From NCBI GenBank assembly GCA_016937155.1, contig JAFGWM010000085.1:11733-75732 (forward strand): a DNA stretch of 64,000 bases, read 5' to 3'. Source of the DNA: Deltaproteobacteria bacterium (GTDB lineage Bacteria; Myxococcota_A; Polyangia; HGW-17). The position numbers were made by a program, and so were the translations under genes. Below the pieces are notes generated by a model. The model saw only the letters and a list, made by a program, of their open reading frames with translations, did not search any database and was not told where the DNA came from. Below, in pieces: positions 1 through 9,867 of this stretch; positions within the stretch are counted from its first letter, which is position 1, and each line of letters opens with the position of its first letter.

Positions 1-178
1 AGTATTTTGAGGTATGTTTAAAATTAGGATTTTCAGTGTGCCTGACAGTGCTATGTTGCGTTATCTTTTATATTTGTTGCCAAACAGAAGAAAATCAATT
101 TATATGAATACTGCCATGTTGCGTGAATCATGGCTTTTTTAAAAACCTGATCCGTAAATCCATTAGATGGAGGTAATT

Positions 179-1183
179 ATGCCGGGAATAGGTGTAATAA
201 GTAATGCAAATGCCAGATTAAATAAAATGGCTCCCTCTCTTAAAAACAGACTGAATTTCATTCTTGGAAGAAGAGGGGATCTCATAAACACATACACACT
301 GGATGATGTGGATAAAGCTGTTAATGATTTCAAAAGTGTCGACGTGGATATCATTGCCATATCAGGCGGAGACGGAACTGCACACAGAACCATTGAGAAA
401 CTTCTATCCTGTTATAGTCATGATAATCTGCCACCATTGCTGCTTCTGCCTTCAGGCACCCAGAATATGGTTCCTAAATCATTTGGCATCACAGGTAATT
501 CATTAACAACCATGCTGCAGATTCAGACCATGTATACTCACAATATTCCTATCAGAGTAATGAGACGAAATGTACTCAGAGTTAATGAACATTACAGTTT
601 CATGTTTGGTCTTGGAGTTCCTGCAAGATTTCTTCAGCATCATTATTCTAGGGGAACCAGCCATTGGCATGCGATCACTTTACTGGGTGATTATGCAACA
701 GATGCACTGAAAAAAGGAGATAAAGCAAAAAAACTGTTTGCCCCAATCCCAATGACTTATCAGATCAACGATAGTGAGAAAATATTCAATCAATCTATCC
801 ATACCATTTTCAGTTCATTTGCAGAGGAAGTGGCTTTGAGATTTCGCTGTTTTCCGAGAGCCGGGTGGCAAAAGGATACCTTTGAAACTCTTCTTCTTGA
901 CAGTAATGTTCCCCAGACTTTCAAAATTTTTGGAAATGTGTGGTTTGGTTCACTGAGAGAATTTCCCGGGATGGACAGAGTAATGACAACAACATTAAAT
1001 CTCGACCTTGAATTTCCCGAACCTTACACTCTCGATGGAGATCTTTACCCTTCTGAAAAGTCATTCAGGATTGAAGCAGGACCGGAATTGAGGTTTGTTA
1101 TTCCAAGCCTTGGTTCCATGGATAGAAATATTAATGCCAGAAGTGAAAAAATTGGTCCGTGGGGCCAAATCTTCTATGTCTGA
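179..1183 (+). CDS. DAGK-catalytic-domain lipid kinase family protein (YegS/BmrU-like)
   Basis: GGDGT motif (ISGGDGTAHR) and PSGTQN...FG motif of the DAGKc fold; ~335 aa. GGAGG RBS 6 nt upstream of the ATG at 179; the track start at 167 is likely too early. Confidence 0.6.
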   Translation: MPGIGVISNANARLNKMAPSLKNRLNFILGRRGDLINTYTLDDVDKAVNDFKSVDVDIIAISGGDGTAHRTIEKLLSCYSHDNLPPLLLLPSGTQNMVPKSFGITGNSLTTMLQIQTMYTHNIPIRVMRRNVLRVNEHYSFMFGLGVPARFLQHHYSRGTSHWHAITLLGDYATDALKKGDKAKKLFAPIPMTYQINDSEKIFNQSIHTIFSSFAEEVALRFRCFPRAGWQKDTFETLLLDSNVPQTFKIFGNVWFGSLREFPGMDRVMTTTLNLDLEFPEPYTLDGDLYPSEKSFRIEAGPELRFVIPSLGSMDRNINARSEKIGPWGQIFYV

Positions 1184-1199
1184 AATTACGGAGTTTTAA

Positions 1200-3074
1200 A
1201 TGCCTTCCTTTAATTTTCTTTTACAAAAAGATCCCTTCAGTAGAATTGTAATGGGTAATACCGCGATAGTCAGGGCTATGGTTGAATCGGGCACACGTGT
1301 GGTAACATCATATCCTGGTTCACCAACACCTGAAATCGCCGATGCAATATCAGGAATGAACCCACAGGATCGACCATTTTATTTTGAATTTTCCACCAAT
1401 GAAAAAGTTGCCACAGAAGTGGCGTTTGGAGCATCAATTAATGGTCATCTCAGTTGTGTTTTTTTCAAAAGTGTAGGTTTGAATGTCGCAGCTGACAGCT
1501 TTGTTCAGTTAAGTCATATGGTTCTTAAAGGTGGTATGGTTGTTGTTCTGGGCGATGATCCCGGAGCTAATTCAAGCCAGAACGAACAGGACAACAGGCA
1601 CTACGCTCATCTGTCATATACACCTGTACTGGAACCTGCAAATCCTCAGGAAGTATATGATATGTACCTTCAGGCAGCTGACATTGCCACAAAGAAACAG
1701 ATGCCTGTAATCCTGAGACTGACAACCCATGTCTGTCACGCAAAATCAAGAGTTGAATTTAATGAATGGTCAAATCCCCCAATGGATACCACACCTGGAT
1801 TTGATCCAACTCTGGCTAATTACATTCCTATAACCAATAGAGTGCACCCGATGAAGAGAATGGCTCTTGAAAAACTCGATTCTCTCAAGCCTGACTCTGA
1901 GAAATCAGTTTTTAAAGTGGATAATAACAATAGAGAGAGGGGAATAATTACAAGTGGTCTCACATTCCTGAGCCTCATGGATACTCTCCAGTATGCAAAC
2001 CACAAACCTGATATTCTTAAACTAGGCATGGTATACCCGATTCCTGAACAGGCTATAAAAGATTTTCTTTCCTCCCATAAGGAAGTTAAAATTCTTGAAG
2101 AACTTGATAATATACTCGAAAAAGATATAAAAGCACTGGCATTTGATTCATCAATAAAATGCAGGATTATCGGGAAGTCAGGGTTTGACGATTGGCAAAA
2201 TGAGTATACTCCCGAAAAAGTTCACTCCATAATTTCCTCCGTGTGGCCTGATATGCTTGCAAAAAGACCTGAGCCTGAAAAACTTTCAGTTTCAGCACCT
2301 CCACGGCCTGCCCAGATGTGCCCGGGTTGCGGACACAGAAGTGCATTTTTTGCAATTAAAAAAGCAGTTGGAGTTGAAGACATAACAGTTGCAGATATTG
2401 GATGCCACACACTTGGTTTTCTCCCGCCATACAACATGGGTCAGGTATTACTCTGTATGGGTGCATCTCCCGGAATTGGAGCAGGACTCAGTCTTTTCAA
2501 TGACAAACGAAAGGTACTGGCTTTTATGGGTGACAGTACATTCTTTCATGCCGGAGCAGCAGGCGTTATCAATAATATTTTTAACAACCACAACATGACT
2601 CTGATTCTCATGGAAAACGGTACCACAGCAATGACCGGCCATCAGAATCATCCGGGAGTTGGACACAATTTTGATGAAATAACACAAAAAATAAGCCCCA
2701 AAGCTGTTTTTGAAAGCTATGGCATTAAAGTGCGTGAAGTAGACACGTATCAGCAGGCAAAACTTACTGCTATGGTAAAAGAATCAATGGATGAGGATGG
2801 CTTTAACGTTGTAATTGCAAGGCACCCCTGTATGTTGAAGTTTACAAGAGAGCAGCGCAGGAAAACTTCATTCACTCCAAAAACTGTTACTGTGGATCAG
2901 TCCTCCTGCGATCATAACTATACATGTATAAGTTCTTTTGGCTGCCCTTCATTTTTCATAACCGATGAAGGCAACGTTACCATCAATGAGGATCTGTGTA
3001 TTGGTGATGGTAGTTGTATTCAAACATGCCCATCCGATGCCATTGATTTTTCCAGAAATAAAAAGGAGAAATAG
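1200..3074 (+). CDS. iorA: indolepyruvate:ferredoxin oxidoreductase alpha subunit
   Basis: N-terminal MGNTAIVRAMVESG...SYPGSPTPEI typical of IorA, TPP-binding region and C-terminal 4Fe-4S ferredoxin motif (CIGDGSCIQTCPSDAI). GGAG RBS upstream. Confidence 0.9.
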   Translation: MPSFNFLLQKDPFSRIVMGNTAIVRAMVESGTRVVTSYPGSPTPEIADAISGMNPQDRPFYFEFSTNEKVATEVAFGASINGHLSCVFFKSVGLNVAADSFVQLSHMVLKGGMVVVLGDDPGANSSQNEQDNRHYAHLSYTPVLEPANPQEVYDMYLQAADIATKKQMPVILRLTTHVCHAKSRVEFNEWSNPPMDTTPGFDPTLANYIPITNRVHPMKRMALEKLDSLKPDSEKSVFKVDNNNRERGIITSGLTFLSLMDTLQYANHKPDILKLGMVYPIPEQAIKDFLSSHKEVKILEELDNILEKDIKALAFDSSIKCRIIGKSGFDDWQNEYTPEKVHSIISSVWPDMLAKRPEPEKLSVSAPPRPAQMCPGCGHRSAFFAIKKAVGVEDITVADIGCHTLGFLPPYNMGQVLLCMGASPGIGAGLSLFNDKRKVLAFMGDSTFFHAGAAGVINNIFNNHNMTLILMENGTTAMTGHQNHPGVGHNFDEITQKISPKAVFESYGIKVREVDTYQQAKLTAMVKESMDEDGFNVVIARHPCMLKFTREQRRKTSFTPKTVTVDQSSCDHNYTCISSFGCPSFFITDEGNVTINEDLCIGDGSCIQTCPSDAIDFSRNKKEK

Positions 3075-3075
3075 T

Positions 3076-3657
3076 ATGAATTTTCATAATATATATATTA
3101 CTGGAGTTGGGGGTCAGGGAATCGGCCTTTTAAGTGAGACTATGCTTCTTAGTGGTGATTTTGCCGGTCTGGACGTTAGGGCTGTTGATACTCACGGCCT
3201 TGCCCAAAGAGGAGGAACTGTGGAAAGTTTCCTGAGACTTGGCAAAAATATCCATTCACCCCTCATAGCCCCGGGAATGGCGGATCTGGTTATTGCACTT
3301 GAAATTAATGAGGCTCTAAGGGGTATGGATAAATATCTCAGAAATAATGGAACGTTGATTTATTATGACACACAGTGGCAGCCACTGGAGGTTCGGCTTT
3401 CAAGAAAAAGTACTCTTAATGAGGATGTCATAAATACACAGGCAAAGATTCGAAATTGTAACGTCCATAGAGTTTTTGTTGAAGATCTTCCTGATACAAG
3501 AATGCAGAATGTCGCAATTCTTGGTACAATTGCTGCGAAAAAACTGGTGGAAGGAATTACTCCTGAGCATTACATTCAGGCACTCAGTCAGTTGTTAAAA
3601 CCTTCAGTGCTAAAAGGTAATCTGGAAGTTTTTAATAAAATTCTTCTTAAAAAGTGA
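3076..3657 (+). CDS. iorB: indolepyruvate:ferredoxin oxidoreductase beta subunit
   Basis: MNFHNIYITGVGGQGIGLL... gamma-type pyruvate/ketoisovalerate OR fold. AGGAGA RBS; the ATG lies 1 nt after the iorA stop. The track ORF 2965.. is an N-terminal over-extension in the same frame. Confidence 0.85.
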   Translation: MNFHNIYITGVGGQGIGLLSETMLLSGDFAGLDVRAVDTHGLAQRGGTVESFLRLGKNIHSPLIAPGMADLVIALEINEALRGMDKYLRNNGTLIYYDTQWQPLEVRLSRKSTLNEDVINTQAKIRNCNVHRVFVEDLPDTRMQNVAILGTIAAKKLVEGITPEHYIQALSQLLKPSVLKGNLEVFNKILLKK

Positions 3658-3667
3658 GTATGTATTT

Positions 3668-4309
3668 ATGGATACTGTAAAAAGAAAAAAGTTTAGATTA
3701 TTAATCTTTTATTCTCTTGTACTTGGATGTCTCACGGGAGTTTCACTTTTTTTTGTTCCCTGGTTCAGCGGCGTTAAAACCGAACAAAACAACGGTTTTT
3801 CAATTAAGTACACAACTTCAGTTACGCCAATGACATTTTCCTACTCCAGAACATGCATCGGAAACTGCGCCGTGAAGCAAGCCCGAAAAGGTTCCTACTC
3901 TCATTTTCTGAGATTAAAAAAAGCACGCAGAAGTCTAGAGAGATTTAAAAAAATTAAAAATGCAAATATATCCATGGTCCCTGCCATTGAAAAGGAAATC
4001 ATCAATTTTAGCAGAATTGCCTATACTGGTCTGTTAGCTTTGGTTTTTCAGATTTGGGGAATACTGTTTTTCCCAATTATACTGTTTCTAGGATGCAGAG
4101 AAAAAATAAGAAATACCAGACTTTATTATTTTTTCGTGCCACTTTTAATAATACTGTCATCAATTGGTTCTAGTATATTATTCAGTATTTTTGCAAAATC
4201 ACCACTGACCGGACATTATTCCCCTGGAATATTTCTTAACCTGCTATCATGGATTGCCTATAGTGCAATTATTGCTGTTATGGTAATTCAACCAAAAAAG
4301 ATTTCTTAA
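3668..4309 (+). CDS. hypothetical integral membrane protein
   Basis: Several predicted TM helices; no recognisable motif. Confidence 0.45.
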   Translation: MDTVKRKKFRLLIFYSLVLGCLTGVSLFFVPWFSGVKTEQNNGFSIKYTTSVTPMTFSYSRTCIGNCAVKQARKGSYSHFLRLKKARRSLERFKKIKNANISMVPAIEKEIINFSRIAYTGLLALVFQIWGILFFPIILFLGCREKIRNTRLYYFFVPLLIILSSIGSSILFSIFAKSPLTGHYSPGIFLNLLSWIAYSAIIAVMVIQPKKIS

Positions 4310-4431
4310 CTTCATCAAATTTCAGGAATGCTTATTACTACTTTACAAAAATATCAGATTTTCTTATAACGGATTAGCGATACTGCAATTCTTTTATTGA
4401 ACACTTAACCGTTTTACATAAAGGACTTATA

Positions 4432-5523
4432 ATGAGAACACTATTTTTTTCACTGTTTATAGTTTTGCTTATAATATCAAATACTGTACAAGCTCAAAAC
4501 CCAGATTTTCTTCAGGATAAGCCAACTAATTCCAAAAAGAGAAAAAAGGGCTGGTATCCCATGCTGAAGACCTCTGGAAACTTATCCTGGGCTAATTCTA
4601 AAGATGTTGTGGGACAAACTGATGGTTCAACCTGGAATATTGGTTACATACTAACCGGACAATTGATTTATCTGTCCAAAGAAAATCATGAGTGGAAGAA
4701 CGATTTAGGATGGCAGCTAAATTACGTAAAAACACCTCTTACCGATAAATTTTCTAAATCAATGGATAATGTTGAATTAAGCAGTGCATGGCTTTACCAC
4801 CTGAAGGGAATTAAATGGCTTGGCCCCTATGGCCAGATGGGGTTGAAATCATCACTGTTTAGTGGATACATGATCAATGCATCCGGTGCACCACTGGACG
4901 TTCAAAAACTTGCCAGTGATGGAAATCCTCTTCCTAACGGACTAACAACATATCAGCCCCAGGATACCATAAAACTTACAAACGCACTTTCACCAACTGT
5001 TCTAAAACAAAGTCTGGGTATTTTCTTAAATCCAACTGACTTGAAATATTTAAAAACATATGTCCAGTTGGGTGGTGGAGCATGGGAAATATATGGAAGA
5101 AATGGTTTCGTGGTTGATGATAACTCTGAAACTGCACCACTTGAAATCAAGCAGATTGATGATACCGTTCAGATTGGCGCAGAACTGAATCTAACTGCTA
5201 CTGGCACAATTAAAAAAATCATAAATTATGGTATCAAGGCTAATTTCATGCTGCCGTTTTACAATAACTCTCAATCAAATCTTTCCGGTATAGATTTATT
5301 GAATACGGATCTGGAATTTAAGGCTGGAGTAAAGATCAGCAAATTTGTTTCAATTGAGTACAGTTTTAAGGCTGTAAAATACCCCCTGATAACTGATAAG
5401 TGGCAAATACTTAATGGTTTGGTAATTTCCTTTAACGCAAGTATTATTGAACCCCCGGCAAAAAAGAAAAAAGTTAAAATGTGTCCATGCAAACCAGAAG
5501 CAGCTCTTAAGAAAGAAAAATAA
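4432..5523 (+). CDS. secreted/outer-membrane hypothetical protein with Lys-rich C-terminal tail
   Basis: Cleavable signal peptide (MRTLFFSLFIVLLIISNTVQA/Q), beta-rich composition, KKKKVKMCPCKPEAALKKEK tail. AAAGGA RBS. Confidence 0.55.
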   Translation: MRTLFFSLFIVLLIISNTVQAQNPDFLQDKPTNSKKRKKGWYPMLKTSGNLSWANSKDVVGQTDGSTWNIGYILTGQLIYLSKENHEWKNDLGWQLNYVKTPLTDKFSKSMDNVELSSAWLYHLKGIKWLGPYGQMGLKSSLFSGYMINASGAPLDVQKLASDGNPLPNGLTTYQPQDTIKLTNALSPTVLKQSLGIFLNPTDLKYLKTYVQLGGGAWEIYGRNGFVVDDNSETAPLEIKQIDDTVQIGAELNLTATGTIKKIINYGIKANFMLPFYNNSQSNLSGIDLLNTDLEFKAGVKISKFVSIEYSFKAVKYPLITDKWQILNGLVISFNASIIEPPAKKKKVKMCPCKPEAALKKEK

Positions 5524-6511
5524 TTCCTGCCGCTATAATTCCTGCGCTGATAGCAAATCCCATTGAAATAAGAAGAAGGGGATGAATTCCATCTGATTCA
5601 TCTGTAAAATCGTCCATATCATCCGGACTTGATACTATAGTTGCAGCAATTGTTGAAAGCCTGGGAATACTGATAGTCAGTGTCTCACTTTTCCGTGACT
5701 TTTTAAAAAACTCAACAACCTTATCATAGCCGGGCCTTTTATCCGGGTTTTTATCCATCATCTGCAGGATGATTTTCCTTAAACTCCTGGGGGTTCCAGC
5801 CACATTCAGTGGTGGTGGAGGATCACTCAACTGTCTGGCAAGCACCTGACCACTGGTTGAATCATCACCCGGGGTTCTGAATGGAGGTGTTCCAGTAACA
5901 GCATGGTAGAAACTACATCCCAGACTGTATATATCAGATTTTAGTGTACTTTTTTTACCTTCAATAACCTCAGGGGCAAGATAATCCGGAGTGCCAATTA
6001 TTACACCATCTGCGGTCATTGCTGCATCAATTTCTGCTCTGGCTAATCCAAAGTCACCTATTTTTGCATGATTATCTTCCGACAGAAAAATATTGGCTGG
6101 TTTTATATCACGATGAATAATTTTCAGTTCCGACGCACTTTTCAGACCGGATATTACATCCATAAAAATATCAAGAGCATATGGAATACTTAAAGGCCCT
6201 TTTTCTTCTAGGTATAGAAGAAGATCATTTCCCTTCATATATTCCATAACCATGTATGGAACACCCTCTTCATCACCTATAGCGTGAACAGCTACAACAT
6301 TCTGGTTGGTGAGTGAAGCCATGGATCTTGCTTCTCTTAAAAACCTGTTTCTAAATTCGTGGTCATATTTATAGTCGTGCTTAAGAATTTTGATGGCAAC
6401 CTTCCTGCCCAGTGAAGGATCCTCAGCAAGAAATACTTCACCTGTTGCCCCACTTCCAAGGTGAGAGTCAACTCTGAAAGGTCCTATCCATCTGTATGAT
6501 TTATCAGTCAT
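5507..6511 (-). CDS. Hanks-type Ser/Thr protein kinase, C-terminal TM anchor
   Basis: GSGATGEVFLA...VAIK, HRDIKPANIFL, DFGLA, GTPDYLAPE motifs; C-terminal hydrophobic helix. Confidence 0.85.
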   Translation of the reverse strand: MTDKSYRWIGPFRVDSHLGSGATGEVFLAEDPSLGRKVAIKILKHDYKYDHEFRNRFLREARSMASLTNQNVVAVHAIGDEEGVPYMVMEYMKGNDLLLYLEEKGPLSIPYALDIFMDVISGLKSASELKIIHRDIKPANIFLSEDNHAKIGDFGLARAEIDAAMTADGVIIGTPDYLAPEVIEGKKSTLKSDIYSLGCSFYHAVTGTPPFRTPGDDSTSGQVLARQLSDPPPPLNVAGTPRSLRKIILQMMDKNPDKRPGYDKVVEFFKKSRKSETLTISIPRLSTIAATIVSSPDDMDDFTDESDGIHPLLLISMGFAISAGIIAAGIIFLS

Positions 6512-6517
6512 AATGAA

Positions 6518-7036
6518 TTAAAAAGTTATTGTGTAATGACAGGCATGATCCCCGTCAAGTCTACAGCCTTTGGAAAAATCATGGCTAAGTATCGCACCCG
6601 GGCTGTAATTGGTAATAAGTTGCTGCAGGATTCCCCAGTCAAAAGGACAGGGATAAGGATTAGCTGCAACGACTTCAAGCTGGTACTCATTGTAATTTTT
6701 CTGCCCAAACATTGCACCGGACTGATTTCTGTGAGCAATGGTGTAGCCAAGGTCCAGACTGGAAACAGCACTCTGAAAGTCAGTCACATTTCCTGGAAGT
6801 TTTGTCTCTGAAATCAGTTCCTTACCCAGTGAATAAAGATAGTCTTCTCCTTTTTCTTTTAGAAGAAGAGCAAAAAACTTTAAAAACAACTGTTGAGAAT
6901 ACCACTTGGTGGGCTCAATTTTTTTGAGACCTATTTTATTCAGAATCCTGTTATTGGTATTAACATCAGGGGAAACCCTTAAAACAGCTATTATATATTT
7001 ACCAACCAGTTGCGGTTCACTTTTTGACCAAATCAT
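6518..7036 (-). CDS. hypothetical protein (co-operonic with Ser/Thr kinase)
   Basis: 172-aa ORF ending 6 nt before the kinase start, same strand; no recognisable domain. Confidence 0.45.
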   Translation of the reverse strand: MIWSKSEPQLVGKYIIAVLRVSPDVNTNNRILNKIGLKKIEPTKWYSQQLFLKFFALLLKEKGEDYLYSLGKELISETKLPGNVTDFQSAVSSLDLGYTIAHRNQSGAMFGQKNYNEYQLEVVAANPYPCPFDWGILQQLITNYSPGAILSHDFSKGCRLDGDHACHYTITF

Positions 7037-7170
7037 GCATGTGAGATTATCACATCATTGCATAAAAAAAATCATTTTTATATCTCTGAAACATTTTCTC
7101 TGTTTTTAAACAGGCAACTGATTATCATCCGTTGATAACCCTTAATTCTTAAAGTAAATATTCATTTTTC

Positions 7171-7199
7171 TTGAGATCCCCTTTTGTAGGCTGTATATT
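7171..7199 (+). promoter_or_regulatory. candidate sigma70-like promoter TTGAGA-N17-TATATT for the 7208 lipoprotein gene (near-leaderless)
   Basis: Hexamers read directly; the -10 ends 8 nt before the ATG at 7208. Confidence 0.25.
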
Positions 7200-7207
7200 A
7201 ACTACCC

Positions 7208-7873
7208 ATGAAATATATCCTCATCACAGTATTTATCTTATTCTTCGCTGGTTGTACCAAGGACCATGATGCCACCAGAACACTTGACAGTGTAATTATT
7301 GAATATCAGGATGCAGTCATAAAAAATAAGCCAAAAAAAGCATATTCTCTTCTGGAAAAAGACCTTAAAGCAGTAGTTTCATGGAATGAGTTTTTGGAAA
7401 AATGGAAGAAAAACCGAAAAGAAATGCTGCATCAGGTAAAACAGTTAAAATCTGAGGCAAAAGTAAAACTGAAAATAAAAAACCCTGACGGTTCTGAGAT
7501 AGACATGGTGACTGAAAAAGGAAACTGGAAGATTGAAAATGCACCGGGTTTAGAAACGAGAATATCTACTCCTGCTAAACTTCTGGCCAAGTTTATTGAT
7601 TATATAGAAAAATACGATTTTCAGGGTTTTCTTTCACTTCTTTCCCCTCCTTACCAAATGACTATAATTTCTGAACTTACAAAAAAAATAAAAATGGCGG
7701 AATTTGCAGCCAAGCAAGTGGGCAGTGAAAATACTTCTTCCACTGAAGTGCTCAATATCCCACTGGACAAATCCAATCGTAATTTTGTTATTTTGCGGAG
7801 ATACGGAAAATCCTGGAAAATTGATGGATGGAAAACCCTTCCTGCACCAAGCACCATTAGAAGAAGACGCTGA
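7208..7873 (+). CDS. hypothetical lipoprotein
   Basis: Lipobox LFFAGC at the N-terminus; Lys-rich. Confidence 0.55.
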   Translation: MKYILITVFILFFAGCTKDHDATRTLDSVIIEYQDAVIKNKPKKAYSLLEKDLKAVVSWNEFLEKWKKNRKEMLHQVKQLKSEAKVKLKIKNPDGSEIDMVTEKGNWKIENAPGLETRISTPAKLLAKFIDYIEKYDFQGFLSLLSPPYQMTIISELTKKIKMAEFAAKQVGSENTSSTEVLNIPLDKSNRNFVILRRYGKSWKIDGWKTLPAPSTIRRRR

Positions 7874-7875
7874 AA

Positions 7876-9858
7876 TCAACTCCCCTTAACCGGCTTAATG
7901 GTCCAACTGTCATATAATGCTGGTGGGATTTCTGAGATAAACCTGCTGGCTCTTCTCACCTGACGTCTTCTGTCCGATTTATTCAACCCAGGATGAATCA
8001 TATAAAGATATTCTGACGCTCTTGTGAGAGCAACATGAAACAGTCGTCTTTCTTCATCAAGAGCACTGGCACTTTTACTTGCAAAGGACAGAGGAAATAA
8101 TCCCTCAGTTACACCGGCAAGGAATACAACCTTCCATTCAAGACCCTTTGCCTGATGCACTGTTGATAAAGTTACTTTATCCTCAGGCTCCTCCGGATTG
8201 GTAGATAACACCTCGCCAATTGCACCTGCATTTAATCCAAGATCTGTTATCAGTTGATCAAACGTTGGATACTGTGAACTCAGTTCAATGAGATTATTTA
8301 ATTCCTCAAGACGATGTTCCCAGTTGTTGAACTTTCGGGAACCAATCGGGGTGTAATGAGCAAGAATTGTTTCCATTAGAGATTTTAAATTAAGTTTTCC
8401 AGGAATCAGTGACTGAAGAAATTCAACCTCTGTTCTTAAAGCTTTATTTGAATACAACTGAGGTTCAGAAGGAATAACGAAGCTGTACAAATGCTTATCC
8501 GGCGGAATTTTGGAGGGATCCAGCTCTGAAGATACCTCAAGCAACTTCCGGGCAGTTGAAGTACCTAGGGATGGAATCAGTCTGAAAAACCTCATCAGAG
8601 CTATCTCATCAAGGGGATTATGGAGAATTCTCAGATAGGAAATAATATCCTTAAAGTGCGCCTGTTCAAAAAGTCGTAATCCCCCATTAATAACAAAAGG
8701 AATTTTTCTTCGAGTCAATTCCATTTCTATTTCAACAGCCTGCTTGTGGGTTCTGTACAATATAGCTATCTCAGAAAGCGGAATTCCTTCTTCCATATGT
8801 AATTCCCAAAGACGTTGACATATGAATTGTGACTGCTGATATTCATCTCTAACCTGAATAAAAACTGGTGGCGACCCGGCTTCACTATTGCTTCTGAGTC
8901 TTTTAGGGTATGGAGATACAGCTTTCAGTATAACTTCGTTTGCCAGTTGGAGAATCGTAGAAGTGCTTCGGTAATTATTCTCCAGTTTATAAACTCTACC
9001 CTCAGGAAAATTTTCCAGAAAACTCCATATGTTATGTGGGGTGGCTCCTCTAAAACTATATATTGCCTGAGCGTCATCACCAACTACTGTGATGTTACGG
9101 TGTTTAGCCGCCATAGCAGTAATAATATCCCCCTGAAGCTTATTGGTATCCTGATATTCGTCCACAAGAATATGATCGAAAAGCCCTGTTATTTCATCTC
9201 TTATCAATGGGTCTCTTGTTAATCCGACTTTCCAGAGCAATAGAAGATCATCAAAATCCACCACCTGTTGCAGTATTTTTCTTTCAGTATATACTTCGAA
9301 TATTTCAACAATTTTAGGTTTAAGTTCCCTAAAGTCAGGTTCTCTGATATCTATCACCTCTTCCATACTGGATTGTGTGGATACAGCATAACTGAACAGA
9401 TTACCAAGTTTCTGAGCAGTAAGAGGGGAGGCAGCACCAAGATCATGCATTACACCATGAAGAAATTCAGAACTGTCTTCGCTGTCAAGTACAGTAAAAT
9501 CCTTACCTATACCGATTTTTTCACCAAAGATCCGAAGGATTCTATTGCCTATATGGTGAAATGTACCAGCCCACAACTGTTCAACACTTTGGCCTGCCAT
9601 CATAGAAAGGCGATCAACCATTTCATTTGCAGCTTTTATGGTGAATGTGCATAACATTATTCTCTCAGGGGGAACGCCGGAAAGAAGCAAATGCCCCACT
9701 CTGCTCACAAGGGTTCTGGTTTTTCCTGTCCCTGCACCTGCAATAACAAGTAATGGACCTGGCTCAGATTTAACCGCAAGTAACTGCTCCTCATCGAGAT
9801 TATCATAGGGACTGTTCCCATCAAAGGAACCGCCGGAGGTGATAAGTTCATACTCCAT
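7876..9858 (-). CDS. UvrD/PcrA/Rep-family ATP-dependent DNA helicase
   Basis: Walker A AGAGTGKT, UvrD motifs (VDEYQDT, TFH), 660 aa. Confidence 0.9.
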   Translation of the reverse strand: MEYELITSGGSFDGNSPYDNLDEEQLLAVKSEPGPLLVIAGAGTGKTRTLVSRVGHLLLSGVPPERIMLCTFTIKAANEMVDRLSMMAGQSVEQLWAGTFHHIGNRILRIFGEKIGIGKDFTVLDSEDSSEFLHGVMHDLGAASPLTAQKLGNLFSYAVSTQSSMEEVIDIREPDFRELKPKIVEIFEVYTERKILQQVVDFDDLLLLWKVGLTRDPLIRDEITGLFDHILVDEYQDTNKLQGDIITAMAAKHRNITVVGDDAQAIYSFRGATPHNIWSFLENFPEGRVYKLENNYRSTSTILQLANEVILKAVSPYPKRLRSNSEAGSPPVFIQVRDEYQQSQFICQRLWELHMEEGIPLSEIAILYRTHKQAVEIEMELTRRKIPFVINGGLRLFEQAHFKDIISYLRILHNPLDEIALMRFFRLIPSLGTSTARKLLEVSSELDPSKIPPDKHLYSFVIPSEPQLYSNKALRTEVEFLQSLIPGKLNLKSLMETILAHYTPIGSRKFNNWEHRLEELNNLIELSSQYPTFDQLITDLGLNAGAIGEVLSTNPEEPEDKVTLSTVHQAKGLEWKVVFLAGVTEGLFPLSFASKSASALDEERRLFHVALTRASEYLYMIHPGLNKSDRRRQVRRASRFISEIPPALYDSWTIKPVKGS

Positions 9859-9867
9859 AGTATTTCT

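Noticed and set aside
2965-3075. N-terminal 37-codon extension of iorB overlapping the iorA 3' end
   Set aside because: The ATG at 3076 has an AGGAGA SD and matches the canonical IorB N-terminus; the extension lies in the iorA ferredoxin-domain coding sequence.
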